This document shows positions 47,968 to 58,688 of a stretch of 64,000 nucleotides of DNA, piece by piece. This DNA comes from Azolla caroliniana. Lineage: Eukaryota > Plantae > Polypodiophyta. The stretch is taken from the NCBI GenBank assembly GCA_043228905.1, contig JBHGNT010000022.1:1550001-1614000 (forward strand), read 5' to 3'. Numbering within the stretch: position 1 is the first letter of the stretch; the number at the start of each line of letters is the position of its first letter. The position numbers and the translations under genes were made by a program. The notes below the pieces were generated by a model. It saw nothing but the letters and a program-made list of their open reading frames with translations. It was not told the origin of the DNA and searched no databases.

Positions 47968-48321
47968 TATTTATTTATTTATTTATCCATCTAGCCACTG
48001 GTCGCTGGTTTTCGGATGCCGGTTACCGTTTGGTCGTCGGATCCCGGTTCTGTCGCCAAACGCCGGATGCCGGTTCCGTTACTAGATGGACGTGAAGAAT
48101 GCATTTCTTCAAGGAGATCTAGAAGAAGAGGTCTTTATGACCCAAACCCGTGGTTTCCAGTCTGAGGTGAACAAGTCGGCGGTATGCCGGTTGAAGAAGT
48201 CACTTTATGGCCTGAAGCAAGCCCCCGAGCTTGGAATACAAAGATCACACACCCGTTGCGTAAGATGGGGTTTGCGGCCTCCAAGTCCGACTCTTCGTTG
48301 TTCATCCGGCAAGGTCCGGAC

Positions 48322-48654
48322 TGTTGGGATTTCGGTCCCTCCGGATGGGATGTCCGGAGATGAATGACGGCAAGCCCGGAGGCTGTTACGGAACCGTATG
48401 ATGAAGAGTACCCGGCATGAAGCCGGATGAAGAGTACCCGGTTACGGAGCCGGATGCTGAAGACCCCGGTTACGGAGCCGGATGACGTACGTACCCGGAG
48501 AGAGATCCGGATGCGGGGACATATCTGTGAATATGTTTGCCAAGGGCCCTTGAGGCTATATTTGTAAATAGCCCGAAAGTCATATGTGTATAAATATGAC
48601 TTAGGGCAAACAGTTTTGTCTATTGTTGCTCATTTTTATGCGAAGTGAGAGCAG

Positions 48655-48691
<37 letters not shown>

Positions 48692-51600
48692 GAAGAGGTC
48701 GTTGTCTCTGTGTATTACCGCCGCCTGTGGCGAAGACAGTGAGTTCAAGGTTGTTGCCTTGTAGCTTCACCAGTGTACATCCCTGTTCATAGTGATAGTT
48801 GGAGATTGAGGACTCCCGTGGTTTTTCCCATTTAGGGTTTTCCACGTAAAATATCCAGTGTACCTTTCTCTCTCTATTGTCCTCGTGCACTTTGTATTTC
48901 CCGTTTTCTGTGAGTTGATCCTATTCCTCGGTTGTGGCCGAGCATTGTGTTCAACAAAGTGGTATCAGAGCGACTGTAACACAGAAAATGGAAGGCGGCA
49001 GCAGCGGGCAGCCGGGGATGATGGTGCTGAATACGCAGAACTACGCCGACTGGAAGATAAAGATGGAGGATCTGCTCATTGTTTGGGACCTGTATGAACC
49101 GATCGACAGGTCGGAAATACCCAAGGGGGTACTTGAGACGGAATGGAGGCTTCTGAACCGGAAAGCCGTTGCAACCATTCGGCAATACGTCGACGTGAGC
49201 GTTCTACAACACGTGGCGAACGACACCAACGCATATGAGATGTGGCGGAAGCTGTCGGGCCTCTACGAGAGGAAGAATGCGTTGAACCGGACCTCCCTGA
49301 TGAGAAAGATAGTGAACCTCAAGTACCAGGACGGCGAGAGTATGGTGGAACACGTAAGCACGTTCATGGGTTTCGTGAACCAGCTTGCGGCGATCAAGTT
49401 CCCGTTGGAGGATGCAATGCAAGCCATCATTCTGATGTGTACATTGCCGGACAGCTGGGAGAACTTGGTGGTGACTCTCAGCACCTCCTGCACCGAAGAT
49501 AACTTGTCCCTACAAACGGTAAAGACAAGTATTTTGAACGAAGAAGCACGTCGGAGAGATAAAGAACCGGTTTCCGATCCGAAGATGCTGCTTACCGAAT
49601 CGGATCGGGGAAGACAATGGAACCGGAGTCCGCAAAGACGGGAGAAGTCGGGGACCCGGTCGCAGTCAAGAGGAAGGCCCACATGCTTCCACTGTGGGAA
49701 GCCGGGGCACTTCCGGAAGAATTGTCGGCATTACCGAAAGGACAACGGAGCCGACGACACCGATTCGAAGAAGTCACCGGAGAGAAACGGTGCATACCGG
49801 GGAGCCACGGACCGGAGAGGTCCGGATCGGCGAGGGCAGGACCGGAAAGGAACGACGGCACTCGCGGCAAGTGAAGAAGAGATAATGCTCATTACCGAAG
49901 AGAGGGAGCTGAACCTTGCCGGTGAAGAGATGACCTGGGTGGTCGATTCCGGAGCGTCGTTCCACCTGACCCCGGAGAAGAAATACTTCTCATCCTACAC
50001 AGCCGGTGAGCACGGTTGTGTCCGGATGGGAAATGAAGGTACATGCCGGATTGTCGGCATAGGAGACGTGTGGCTGATGACATCAACCGGATGCAAGATG
50101 CTGCTGAAGGATGTTCGACACGTTCCGGAGGTTCGATTGAACCTGATTTCGGCCGGGAGGCTAGATGATGAAGGCTACACGGGTAGCATCCGGAACGGTG
50201 TCATGAAGTTCAGCAAGGGGAACCTGATAGTGGCTCGGGCCCGGAAGGTCAACACACTGTACCTGATGAATTCCCGGCTATGTCCGGAGGAGCTGAACGT
50301 GGCAGCCGATACTGCCGGTGAGTTGTGGCACAAGAGACTGTGTCACATGAGTGAGAAGGGGATGAAGAGGCTTGCAGAAGACAACCTTATTCCAGTGAAG
50401 CATGTGCACCTGGAGAAGTGCACCGACTGCCTGGCCGGTAAGCAAAACCGGACCTCCTTCCACTCAAGGCCACCGACGAGACGTAGTGTACCATTGGAGT
50501 TGGTGCACACTGATGTGTGTCAGGTAGAAACGAAGTCACATGGCGGAGCCCAATACTTCGTAACTTTCATAGATGACCACAGCCGGAAGTTGTGGACGGC
50601 ACCGTTGAAGACAAAGGACCAAGTATTGTCCGTCTTCAAAGAACTCCACGCGAGAGTGGAAAGGGAATCCGGCAAGAAGCTGAAAGCGATACGAGCGGAT
50701 AACGGAGGGGAATACCGGGGGCAGTTCACGGAGTACTGTCGCTCGAAGGGAATCCGGCTTGAGTTTACTGTGCCGAAGACGCCGGAACTGAACGGGCCGG
50801 CCGAGAGGATGAACCGGACCATAATGGAGAGGGTCCGGAGTATGCTGGCGCATGCGAAATTACCCAAGGGGTTTTGGGCTGAGGCAATGTCGACGGCGAC
50901 ATACGTGATAAACAGATCACCCTCAGTACCTTTGGACGGAGACACACCGCAGAGAGTGTGGACCGGTAGGGAAGTATCCTACCGGCATCTGAAGGTGTTC
51001 GGGTGTCTCGCATATGTGCATGTGGCAAAGGACCGGAGAGGAAAGTTAGATCCAAAGACCCGGCCATGCATATTCCTCGGTTACGGCGACGACGAGTTCG
51101 GCTACCGAGTATGGGACCCGGTCGACAAGAAGATATTCAGGAGTCGAGATATCATCTTCATGGAGGACAAGACACTCGCCGACTGGGAGTCGGAGAAGAA
51201 GATGAAGAGCTCCAAGTCGACCGGTGAGGATCAACTCTACGAGGAGCAGTCCCGACCGGCAAGGGACCGGTTAGCACTCGAGGATCCGGCCGAAGACGGT
51301 GAAGAAACAGAACCGGCCGAGGAAGATGAAACTGATACCGGAACCAGCCCCGATCCCGAAATGGATTCGGATGAAGAGGAAACGGAGGAGCCGGTTACCG
51401 AAGCTCCGGAACGGAGATATCCTCTAAGAGAGAGAAGGGCCCCCCGGAGATTTCCGGAACCAGAGCACGTGCTGCTAACCGACGAAGGGGAGCCGGAGAG
51501 CTTTGAAGAAGCAAAGCATGACACCCAGAGCCGCAGGTGGTTGAGTGCCATGCAGGACGAGATGGATTCCCTGCATGAGAACCACACATATGAACTTGTG

Positions 51601-53404
51601 GAGTTGCCGAAAGGAAAGCGGGCACTTCGAAACAAGTGGGTGTTCAAGCTGAAACCGGGAGATGCCGGAAACCCCCCGAGATACAAAGCCAGGATCGTGG
51701 TGAAGGGGTTTCAGCAGAAGAAGGGCGTTGACTTCGACGAGATATTCGCCCCGGTAGTGAAGATGACCTCCATCCGGACGGTGCTGAGCATAGCGGCAAG
51801 CATGGACCTCGAGGTAGAACAAATGGACGTGAAGACGGCATTCCTTCACGGTGACCTCGAAGAAGAGATCTACATGCAGCAACCGGAAGGATTCGAGAAG
51901 AAAGGGAAGGAGCACCTGGTATGCCGGTTGAAGAAGAGCCTTTACGGACTGAAGCAGGCTCCCCGGCAATGGTACCGGAAGTTTGACTCCTTCATGACCG
52001 ACGAAGGGTACCACAAAACGCAGTCCGATCACTGCGTGTTTGTGAAGAAGTTCGAAGGAGGAGACTTTCTAATACTCCTCCTGTACGTGGACGACATGTT
52101 GATCATCGGACGGGACCAGGCCAAGATACGGATGCTGAAGAAAGCGCTTCACCGAACCTTCTCAATGAAGGACCTGGGTCCGGCGAGGCAAATACTAGGG
52201 ATGCACATCATCCGGGACCGGAAGAAGAAGCAGTTGTGGCTGTCACAGGAGAAGTACGTGACAAAGGTGCTTCACCAGTTCAACATGTCGGAAGCAAGAC
52301 CGGTCGGGTCCACCCTCCCGGGAAACTGCAAGTTGTCCAGCAAGCAAAGCCCCAAGACAAAGGCTGAGAAGGAGGACATGATGAAAGTACCATATGCCTC
52401 TGCCGTCGGAAGCTTGATGTACGCAATGGTGTGTACAAGACCGGACATAGGATATGCAGTTGGAGTGGTGAGCCGGTACATGAGCAATCCCGGCAAAGAG
52501 CACTGGAACGCAGTCAAGTGGATACTCCGATACCTGAAGGGCACGGCAAACGTGTGCCTCCGATTCGGCTCCGGTAAGCCCGAACTCGACGGCTTTACCG
52601 ATTTGGATATGTCGGCTGATGCAGATACCAGCCGGTCCACATCAGGGTATGTGATGACGTATGCAGGGGGAGCTGTTTCGTGGCAGTCGAGGCTGCAGAA
52701 GACGGTTGCATTGTCAACTACGGAGGCGGAGTACATGGCGGCTGTTGAAGCCGGCAAGGAAATAATATGGATGAAGGACTTCATTAGAGAGCTCGGTATC
52801 CGGCAGGACGAGTACCGACTCTACTGCGACAGTCAGAGTGCCATCCACCTTGCGAAGAATGCGGCCTATCACTCCCGGACGAAGCACATCCAGCGTAGAT
52901 ACCACTGGATCCGGGAAAGAATAGAAGACAAGGAGTTCGTGCTGACGAAGATCCACACGGACGAGAACGGGTCGGATATGCTGACCAAGGTGCTCACACC
53001 CGACAAGCTGGAAGCATGCCGGAAGAGGATCGGGTTGGAGAGACATCCCATGCCGAAGTGAAGGGGGAGTTTGTTGGGATTTCGGTCCCTCCGGATGGGA
53101 TGTCCGTAGATGAATGACGGCAAGCCCGGAGGCTGTTACAGAACCGTATGATGAAGAGTACCCGGCATGAAGCCGGATGAAGAGTACCCGGTTACGGAGC
53201 CGGATGCTGAAGACCCCGGTTACGGAGCCGGATGACGTACGTACCCGGAGAGAGATCCGGATGCGGGGACATATCTGTGAATATGTTTGCCAAGGGCCCT
53301 TGAGGCTATATTTGTAAATAGCCCGAAAGTCATATGTGTATAAATATGACTTAGGGCAAACAGTTTTGTCTGTTGTTGCTCATTTTTATGCGAAGTGAGA
53401 GCAG

Positions 53405-53447
<43 letters not shown>

Positions 53448-53712
53448 GAAGAGGTCGTTGTCTCTGTGTATTACCGCCGCCTGTGGCGAAGACAGTGAGT
53501 TCAAGGTTGTTGCCTTGTAGCTTCACCAGTGTACATCCCTGTTCATAGTGATAGTTGGAGATTGAGGACTCCCGTGGTTTTTCCCATTTAGGGTTTTCCA
53601 CGTAAAATATCCAGTGTACCTTTCTCTCTCTATTGTCCTCGTGCACTTTGTATTTCCCGTTTTCTGTGAGTTGATCCTATTCCTCGGTTGTGGCCGAGCA
53701 TTGTGTTCAACA
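48322..53712 (+). mobile_element. Copia E (same family as B), intact
   Basis: LTRs 48322-48956 and 53072-53712 (about 3 substitutions plus AG-repeat length by eye); TSD CGGAC/TGGAC; PBS TGGTATCAGAGC; PPT GAAGGGGGAG; inserted in the copia D RT. Confidence 0.96.
48988..53061 (+). CDS. Copia E gag-pol polyprotein, 1357 aa
   Basis: Uninterrupted ORF from the first ATG after the PBS; nearly identical to the copia B protein. Confidence 0.96.
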   Translation: MEGGSSGQPGMMVLNTQNYADWKIKMEDLLIVWDLYEPIDRSEIPKGVLETEWRLLNRKAVATIRQYVDVSVLQHVANDTNAYEMWRKLSGLYERKNALNRTSLMRKIVNLKYQDGESMVEHVSTFMGFVNQLAAIKFPLEDAMQAIILMCTLPDSWENLVVTLSTSCTEDNLSLQTVKTSILNEEARRRDKEPVSDPKMLLTESDRGRQWNRSPQRREKSGTRSQSRGRPTCFHCGKPGHFRKNCRHYRKDNGADDTDSKKSPERNGAYRGATDRRGPDRRGQDRKGTTALAASEEEIMLITEERELNLAGEEMTWVVDSGASFHLTPEKKYFSSYTAGEHGCVRMGNEGTCRIVGIGDVWLMTSTGCKMLLKDVRHVPEVRLNLISAGRLDDEGYTGSIRNGVMKFSKGNLIVARARKVNTLYLMNSRLCPEELNVAADTAGELWHKRLCHMSEKGMKRLAEDNLIPVKHVHLEKCTDCLAGKQNRTSFHSRPPTRRSVPLELVHTDVCQVETKSHGGAQYFVTFIDDHSRKLWTAPLKTKDQVLSVFKELHARVERESGKKLKAIRADNGGEYRGQFTEYCRSKGIRLEFTVPKTPELNGPAERMNRTIMERVRSMLAHAKLPKGFWAEAMSTATYVINRSPSVPLDGDTPQRVWTGREVSYRHLKVFGCLAYVHVAKDRRGKLDPKTRPCIFLGYGDDEFGYRVWDPVDKKIFRSRDIIFMEDKTLADWESEKKMKSSKSTGEDQLYEEQSRPARDRLALEDPAEDGEETEPAEEDETDTGTSPDPEMDSDEEETEEPVTEAPERRYPLRERRAPRRFPEPEHVLLTDEGEPESFEEAKHDTQSRRWLSAMQDEMDSLHENHTYELVELPKGKRALRNKWVFKLKPGDAGNPPRYKARIVVKGFQQKKGVDFDEIFAPVVKMTSIRTVLSIAASMDLEVEQMDVKTAFLHGDLEEEIYMQQPEGFEKKGKEHLVCRLKKSLYGLKQAPRQWYRKFDSFMTDEGYHKTQSDHCVFVKKFEGGDFLILLLYVDDMLIIGRDQAKIRMLKKALHRTFSMKDLGPARQILGMHIIRDRKKKQLWLSQEKYVTKVLHQFNMSEARPVGSTLPGNCKLSSKQSPKTKAEKEDMMKVPYASAVGSLMYAMVCTRPDIGYAVGVVSRYMSNPGKEHWNAVKWILRYLKGTANVCLRFGSGKPELDGFTDLDMSADADTSRSTSGYVMTYAGGAVSWQSRLQKTVALSTTEAEYMAAVEAGKEIIWMKDFIRELGIRQDEYRLYCDSQSAIHLAKNAAYHSRTKHIQRRYHWIRERIEDKEFVLTKIHTDENGSDMLTKVLTPDKLEACRKRIGLERHPMPK

Positions 53713-55767
53713 TGGACGGTCCGGTTTGCATCTTGTTGTATGTTGATGATCTAGTCATCACCTGACCCGGACTCGATGAAATCAGCCGAGTCAAGTCCCA
53801 AGTTTCGGACGCATTTGAGATGAAGGACTTGGGGGACCTTCACTATTTCCTTGGGATTGAGGTGATCCGAACCCCCTACGACATATAACTCTCACAAAGA
53901 TACTATGTGTTGAATATGCTGTACAAGTTTGGCATGACGGAATGCCGACCAATCTCCACACCCCTGGACCGGAACCAGAAGCTTCGTCCTGACTCCGGAC
54001 TGGCCTGCGATGAGAAGTGGTTCCGAAAAATCGTCGGAAGCTTTATATATTTGACAATCACCCGACCCGACATTAGTTATCCAGTTGGCATGATTAGCCA
54101 ATATATGGAGAAGCTAATTGTGGAGCACCTTCTGTGCGCGCATCGAATTTTGCGATATGTGAGCAACACAAAGGACTGGGGACTATTATACCAACAAGGT
54201 ATAACTGAAGAGCTAGTTGGCTACACTGATGCGACTGGGCCGGCGATGCATCGGATCGCCGATCCACCTCCGACTATATGTTTTGCCTTGGTAGCGCGGC
54301 TATTGCGTGGAGCAGCAAAAAGTAGCCAATAGTGACCCTTTTGAGCACTGAGGTTGAATACCGGGGCGTTACCATTGCCACCTGTGAAGCCATTTGGCTT
54401 CGGAGACTGCTGCAAGACCTGCGGATTGAGGTGCCGACCCCGATCCTGATCTATTGCGACAATATAAGCAGCATGCAGCTCGCCAAGAACTCCGTATTCC
54501 ATGCTCGCACAAAACACATAGAAGTGCACTACCACTTCGTGCGTGAGCGTGTCCTGAGCGGTGAAGTCGAACTTCGGTATGTTTATACGGATCGACAAGT
54601 TGCCGACATCTTCACCAAACCGCTCAGATCAGACAAGTTGCAGCACTTCGCCGAAATTATTGGTGTTCAACATCTCGACGTACCACACTTGAGGGGGAGA
54701 ACGGGCAAAGACACCGGAACGAGCAAAGGCAAAGAAACTGCCGATTGCGCCGGTGAGGGAAGAACCAACAAAGGGAGAGACAAGAAAAAGAAAGGAGCCG
54801 AGTCGACAAAGGAAGTTGATACATCCGAACAAGTCGGAACAAGTGGCAGTGGCGGCAAAGTCAAGAAGGACAAAGCCGACCGAAAGAAGAAGGCCAAGAC
54901 CTATACATGGTCCGATATGGTGAAGGGCCTGGAACCGGAAGACGAATTGGGAGCGACCGATTCGGAAAAGAGCTGGAACGAATCAGAGACAGCCGATTCG
55001 GTTCAATAGACGGATTCGGAAAAACCGGATCAACTGAAGGCCAAGCGGACGAGAAGGCAACAAAAGTCTACGCTAACACGAAGGAATCGACGGGTCGACA
55101 AGCGCCGAAGTCACAATAGCGCGGGAGTTGAATTGGGCCTGTTGAACAGACAAGCCGACGGAGGAGGTCGAGGTGCGCAGAATCAGAAGGGTCACGGCAA
55201 ACAGGACTGGACTGGATGAGGAGTGCAAGCAAGGCAGAGTGACGACAGAAGGAGTTGAGTGGAAGGACCGGCTGCCATGGAGACTGACACTATGATTCAA
55301 CCTCAAGTTGAGCTTGAGGGGGAGTGTTGAACGACAAGCTTAACCGGATCCAGATCAGCTCAATAAGCCTGAGCCGGATCGGCATCCGAAAGGATGAGTC
55401 GGATCGGTGAGCCAGTGAGCAAGCGAGCAGGTGAGCTGGGGAGCCGGTTAGGCAGATCAAGCAGTAAGCGGAAGCCTAGTAGCAACCTAGACTACTAGGT
55501 AGTTAATGTCTCGTAGTTAGTGTTAGACGCTTGTATGAGCATTGAAGTACACCGTACTTCTGTCGGTCCTCTTAGGACTTTTATAAATAGTGCTGTTGAG
55601 CACGTTGTATGTACAGAAAATTTTATAGCGTTGTTGATAATAGATTTAAGTTGTTCTGCTCTTTCACTGGCTCTCTTGTGTACCTTCTGTGTGTTAATCT
55701 CTTTGTGTGTCTTTGTTGCTATCCGGCTAAGCCGGTTTTCTAAAGCTTCCGCACATTTGTTTTTACA

Positions 55768-57418
55768 GTGCCCTTCAATGATGGCTAGTACGAGACAACT
55801 CCTAGGGCGGACAACGAAGGGAGGGTGGTAAGTGAGACAGAAACAACCAGCGTGGCGGTTGGTAATTCCACCTCGGGCCACTTCCTCCTTGTGTCACCAT
55901 AGGCGTGTTCCACCATTTCTGCCAAAAGCGTAAATGGGTAGTAACCACGTCATTGGAGTGGCTGCAAACCTCGTCCAATTGCCCTCATAGGCAAGTTGAT
56001 AATCGCAAACCATATGTCCATGATCACTTCCTCTGGGGGCCACACCAGATCCTGAAAGACCTCTAGGCAACGCGCTTTCCATACATACCACGGGGTGAAG
56101 CCTACGATCAACATCCAAATGTCCGGGAACCTAGGGGATGTGTACTGGAAGCCTCTCTCAAATCGAATCTTGGCGATTTTGCCCCTCATGCATACGTAGC
56201 ACCAACTATCCGCATTGAAGGCGTTCGTCCACCTATCAACGGAGTGATCAAGCCATGCCGCAACACTCCATGATGCTGTTGCTTCCACTTCACATGCCGC
56301 AAGGAGGAAAGTCACTCTATCTAATACCTTTTGATCTTGAGGGCAATCCCCACAGACAATGCCTTAGAGTCTCAATAGGTGAATGGTAAAGTGGGCAACC
56401 TAATGGGTCGCCACGTGTACCTAGCCATTCGCCAACAGGAACCACATTATGATCGATTTGCCACCAAAAAAACTTTATCTTTTCTGGCATGTGGAGATGC
56501 TAGAGACCCTTCCAAAAGGTAATGAGCACCTCATCAGGGATGCCCAATGTACGCCAGCCATTGCGTAAGGGGCTGTCTAGCTGCAGTTGAATAGTCTGGC
56601 CCAGTTTAATGTTGTACTCGAAGAAATGGCAAAATCTGCCATTATGTTTCCACCACAAATCCCCTTGGTCCCATTGTAGTTCGACGAGGGGACGACAACC
56701 ATATACCCATAACTTCCAATGGGGTTCCACCTTAGCAACATCTGGGCCTGTCTTCTAGATGTTACCAATCTGCGGCACCACGCAGATTGGGTGCCAAGAG
56801 CCCCTACTCCGACTCTCCCCAAAAATTGTATCTCTTCTCGATCCACTCACACCCTTCAGCAACTTAACCCGTCCAGCCTCATCAAAGAGACCGAACCAAG
56901 CATCTTCTCTCACCTCCCCCATTAGAACCCTATCAACTGACTTAACTATCAATCTCCGCATTTTCATGGGTCCCTTGAGGGGAGGGAATGGGACCTCCTG
57001 GGGTCCTCCTAAACCCACCGTGTGTCTCTAATCATCTATAGAGTGGAGCCCTGTTTGCGCCAGCTTTCACAATGCTAGGCGCTTAAGCTGCCCTAACATC
57101 ATGTTGTCACTTGTTTGCACTCGAGGGTTCCAAAATAATGGTTGTCTAGACCACTCGATTAGTGTGTCCAGCGTGTGCTTGACCAAATGATGTCGTACAT
57201 GACACCATGCCGCAAGATGGAGTTCATGGCTCTCTCCTCCGGAAGACAAACCATCTTGGGTGGGACTCCGCTCGTGCAACACCAATTCAAGGAGTCGGGC
57301 CAAGGCCTACCATACTTGGGAGTCCCTGCTTGCAACCTATTTCGAAGTAGAACCTTCCAAGAACTCTTACCTAGTAGGAGGCATCGAACTACCATTTTGG
57401 CTAGCAATGCTCGGCTTT
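55768..57418 (-). mobile_element. Decayed non-LTR (L1/Tx1-like LINE) ORF2 fragment downstream of the RT domain
   Basis: Trp-rich peptides MQSRALLAKMVVRCLL...SWKVLLRNRL, QPLFWNPRV, WKLWVYG and TFWKGL resemble plant LINE ORF2 C-terminal regions; no RT core is present. Confidence 0.6.
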
Positions 57419-58126
57419 GCATACCCAAAAAAACATACATAACGTATGTATATAGTTAAAAATAATTATAATGATTTGACTTTTTAACCAAGGTTGAGCT
57501 GCTTCGGCTCTGAGACATCAACCGACTCCATGTCGTGGGCTCCACTTGAGTGGATAAATCCAACAATTCTCCCCCACCCCCCCATCTCAAGTGGGGGGCT
57601 CAACTAGGTTTGCCTTTTGTTTGCAAACTTCAAGCTTCTCCCTTGACAAACATTTTGTCATCATGTCGGAGCCACTCTCATTTGTGTGAGTCTTTTCAAT
57701 ATGCATCTGCTTTTCTTCAAGCACATCTCTAATCCAATGGTATCTAACATCTATGTGTTTTGACTTAGAATATGTGGAGCGGCAAGCTCAACCGGATCCG
57801 GATGGGCTGAATAAACCTGAGCTGGATTGGCATCCGGAAGGATGAGTCAGATCGATGAGCCGGTGAGCTGGGGAGCCGGTTAGCCGGATCAAGCAGTAAT
57901 CGGAAGCCTAGTAGCAACCTAGACTACTAGGTAGTTAATGTCTCGTAGTTAGTGTTAGACGCTCGTATGAGCATTGAAGTACACCGTAGTTCTGTCAGTC
58001 CTCTTAGGACTTGTATAAATAATGCTGTTGAGCACGTTGTATGTATAGAGAATTTTACAGAGTTGTTGATAATAGATTTAAGTTGTTCTGCTCTTTCTCT
58101 GTCTCTCCTGCGTACCTTCTGTGTGT

Positions 58127-58169
<43 letters not shown>

Positions 58170-58688
58170 GCTATCCGGCTAAGAAGTTTGTCTAAAGCTT
58201 CCGCACCTTCGTTTTTACATGGTATCAAAGCACGAGGGTTGAGAATCTCTACAACCGACATCAACATCTGAAGACAAACCCTAAGACCCGGTAAGAACAG
58301 AAAGAGAAGTGATGGATAGAGGAATGGCTAGCTCGCTCCGGTGGAGAAGTTCAACAGATCCAACTACGCATCTTGGTCATACAAGGTGCACCAGTACTTG
58401 CTTGGGCATGGTTACTGGAGCTATGTCGACGGAGCTAACGACACAACACCTGATGCGGCACACGAGGACTTCCCAGTGTGGGAACAAGCGGCAAGCAGAG
58501 TGATGTACTGCTTTGCGTCCAGTGTCGGAGAGCAGTTGCTGAGCCATGTCCGAGATGCCAAGACGCCAAAAGAAGCTTGGGGAAACCTGAAGAAGGTTTT
58601 CGCGGCAAGCACTACGGCTTGGAAGCTGCAACTCTGACAGGAGTTGAGTAATGTCCGACAGAAGGACATGTCGGTAGCCGATTACACG
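57419..58688 (+). repeat. Diverged direct duplicate of 21386-22664 (part of X LTR, X internal sequence, copia D 5' LTR, gag start)
   Basis: Collinear from GCATACCCAAAAAA to GATTACACG, including the same X/D junction and the same TGGTATCAAAGC PBS variant. Confidence 0.93.

Larger units (their letters stand above)
22666..48080 (-). mobile_element. Gypsy C (non-chromovirus, decayed): truncated 5' LTR 47467-~48080; internal region 36316-47466, split by copia B; 3' LTR 22666-23666 plus 36279-36315, split by copia A
   Basis: 22666-~23270 aligns with 47467-~48080. PBS at 47441-47458. Minus-strand PPT GGTGGGGGTGGA precedes TGTCATG at 36315. The integrase tail reads through across copia B (NDNAT/YHLAELDG). 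Confidence 0.88.
21734..55767 (+). mobile_element. Copia D (fragmented, possibly chimeric): 5' LTR 21734-22194, gag start 22284-22665, RT 48086-48321, RT/RNase H 53718-55009, 3' LTR 55325-55767
   Basis: TG...CA LTRs of the same family; PBS TGGTATCAAAGC (Met-type) at 22195; gag KLDRSNYASWSYKM; RT MDVKNAFLQGDLEEEV and LKKSLYGLKQAP; RNase H IYCDNISS...FHARTKHIEVHYHFVRE; PPT TTGAGGGGGAG before 55325. Many stops and frameshifts; no matching TSD. Confidence 0.8.
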
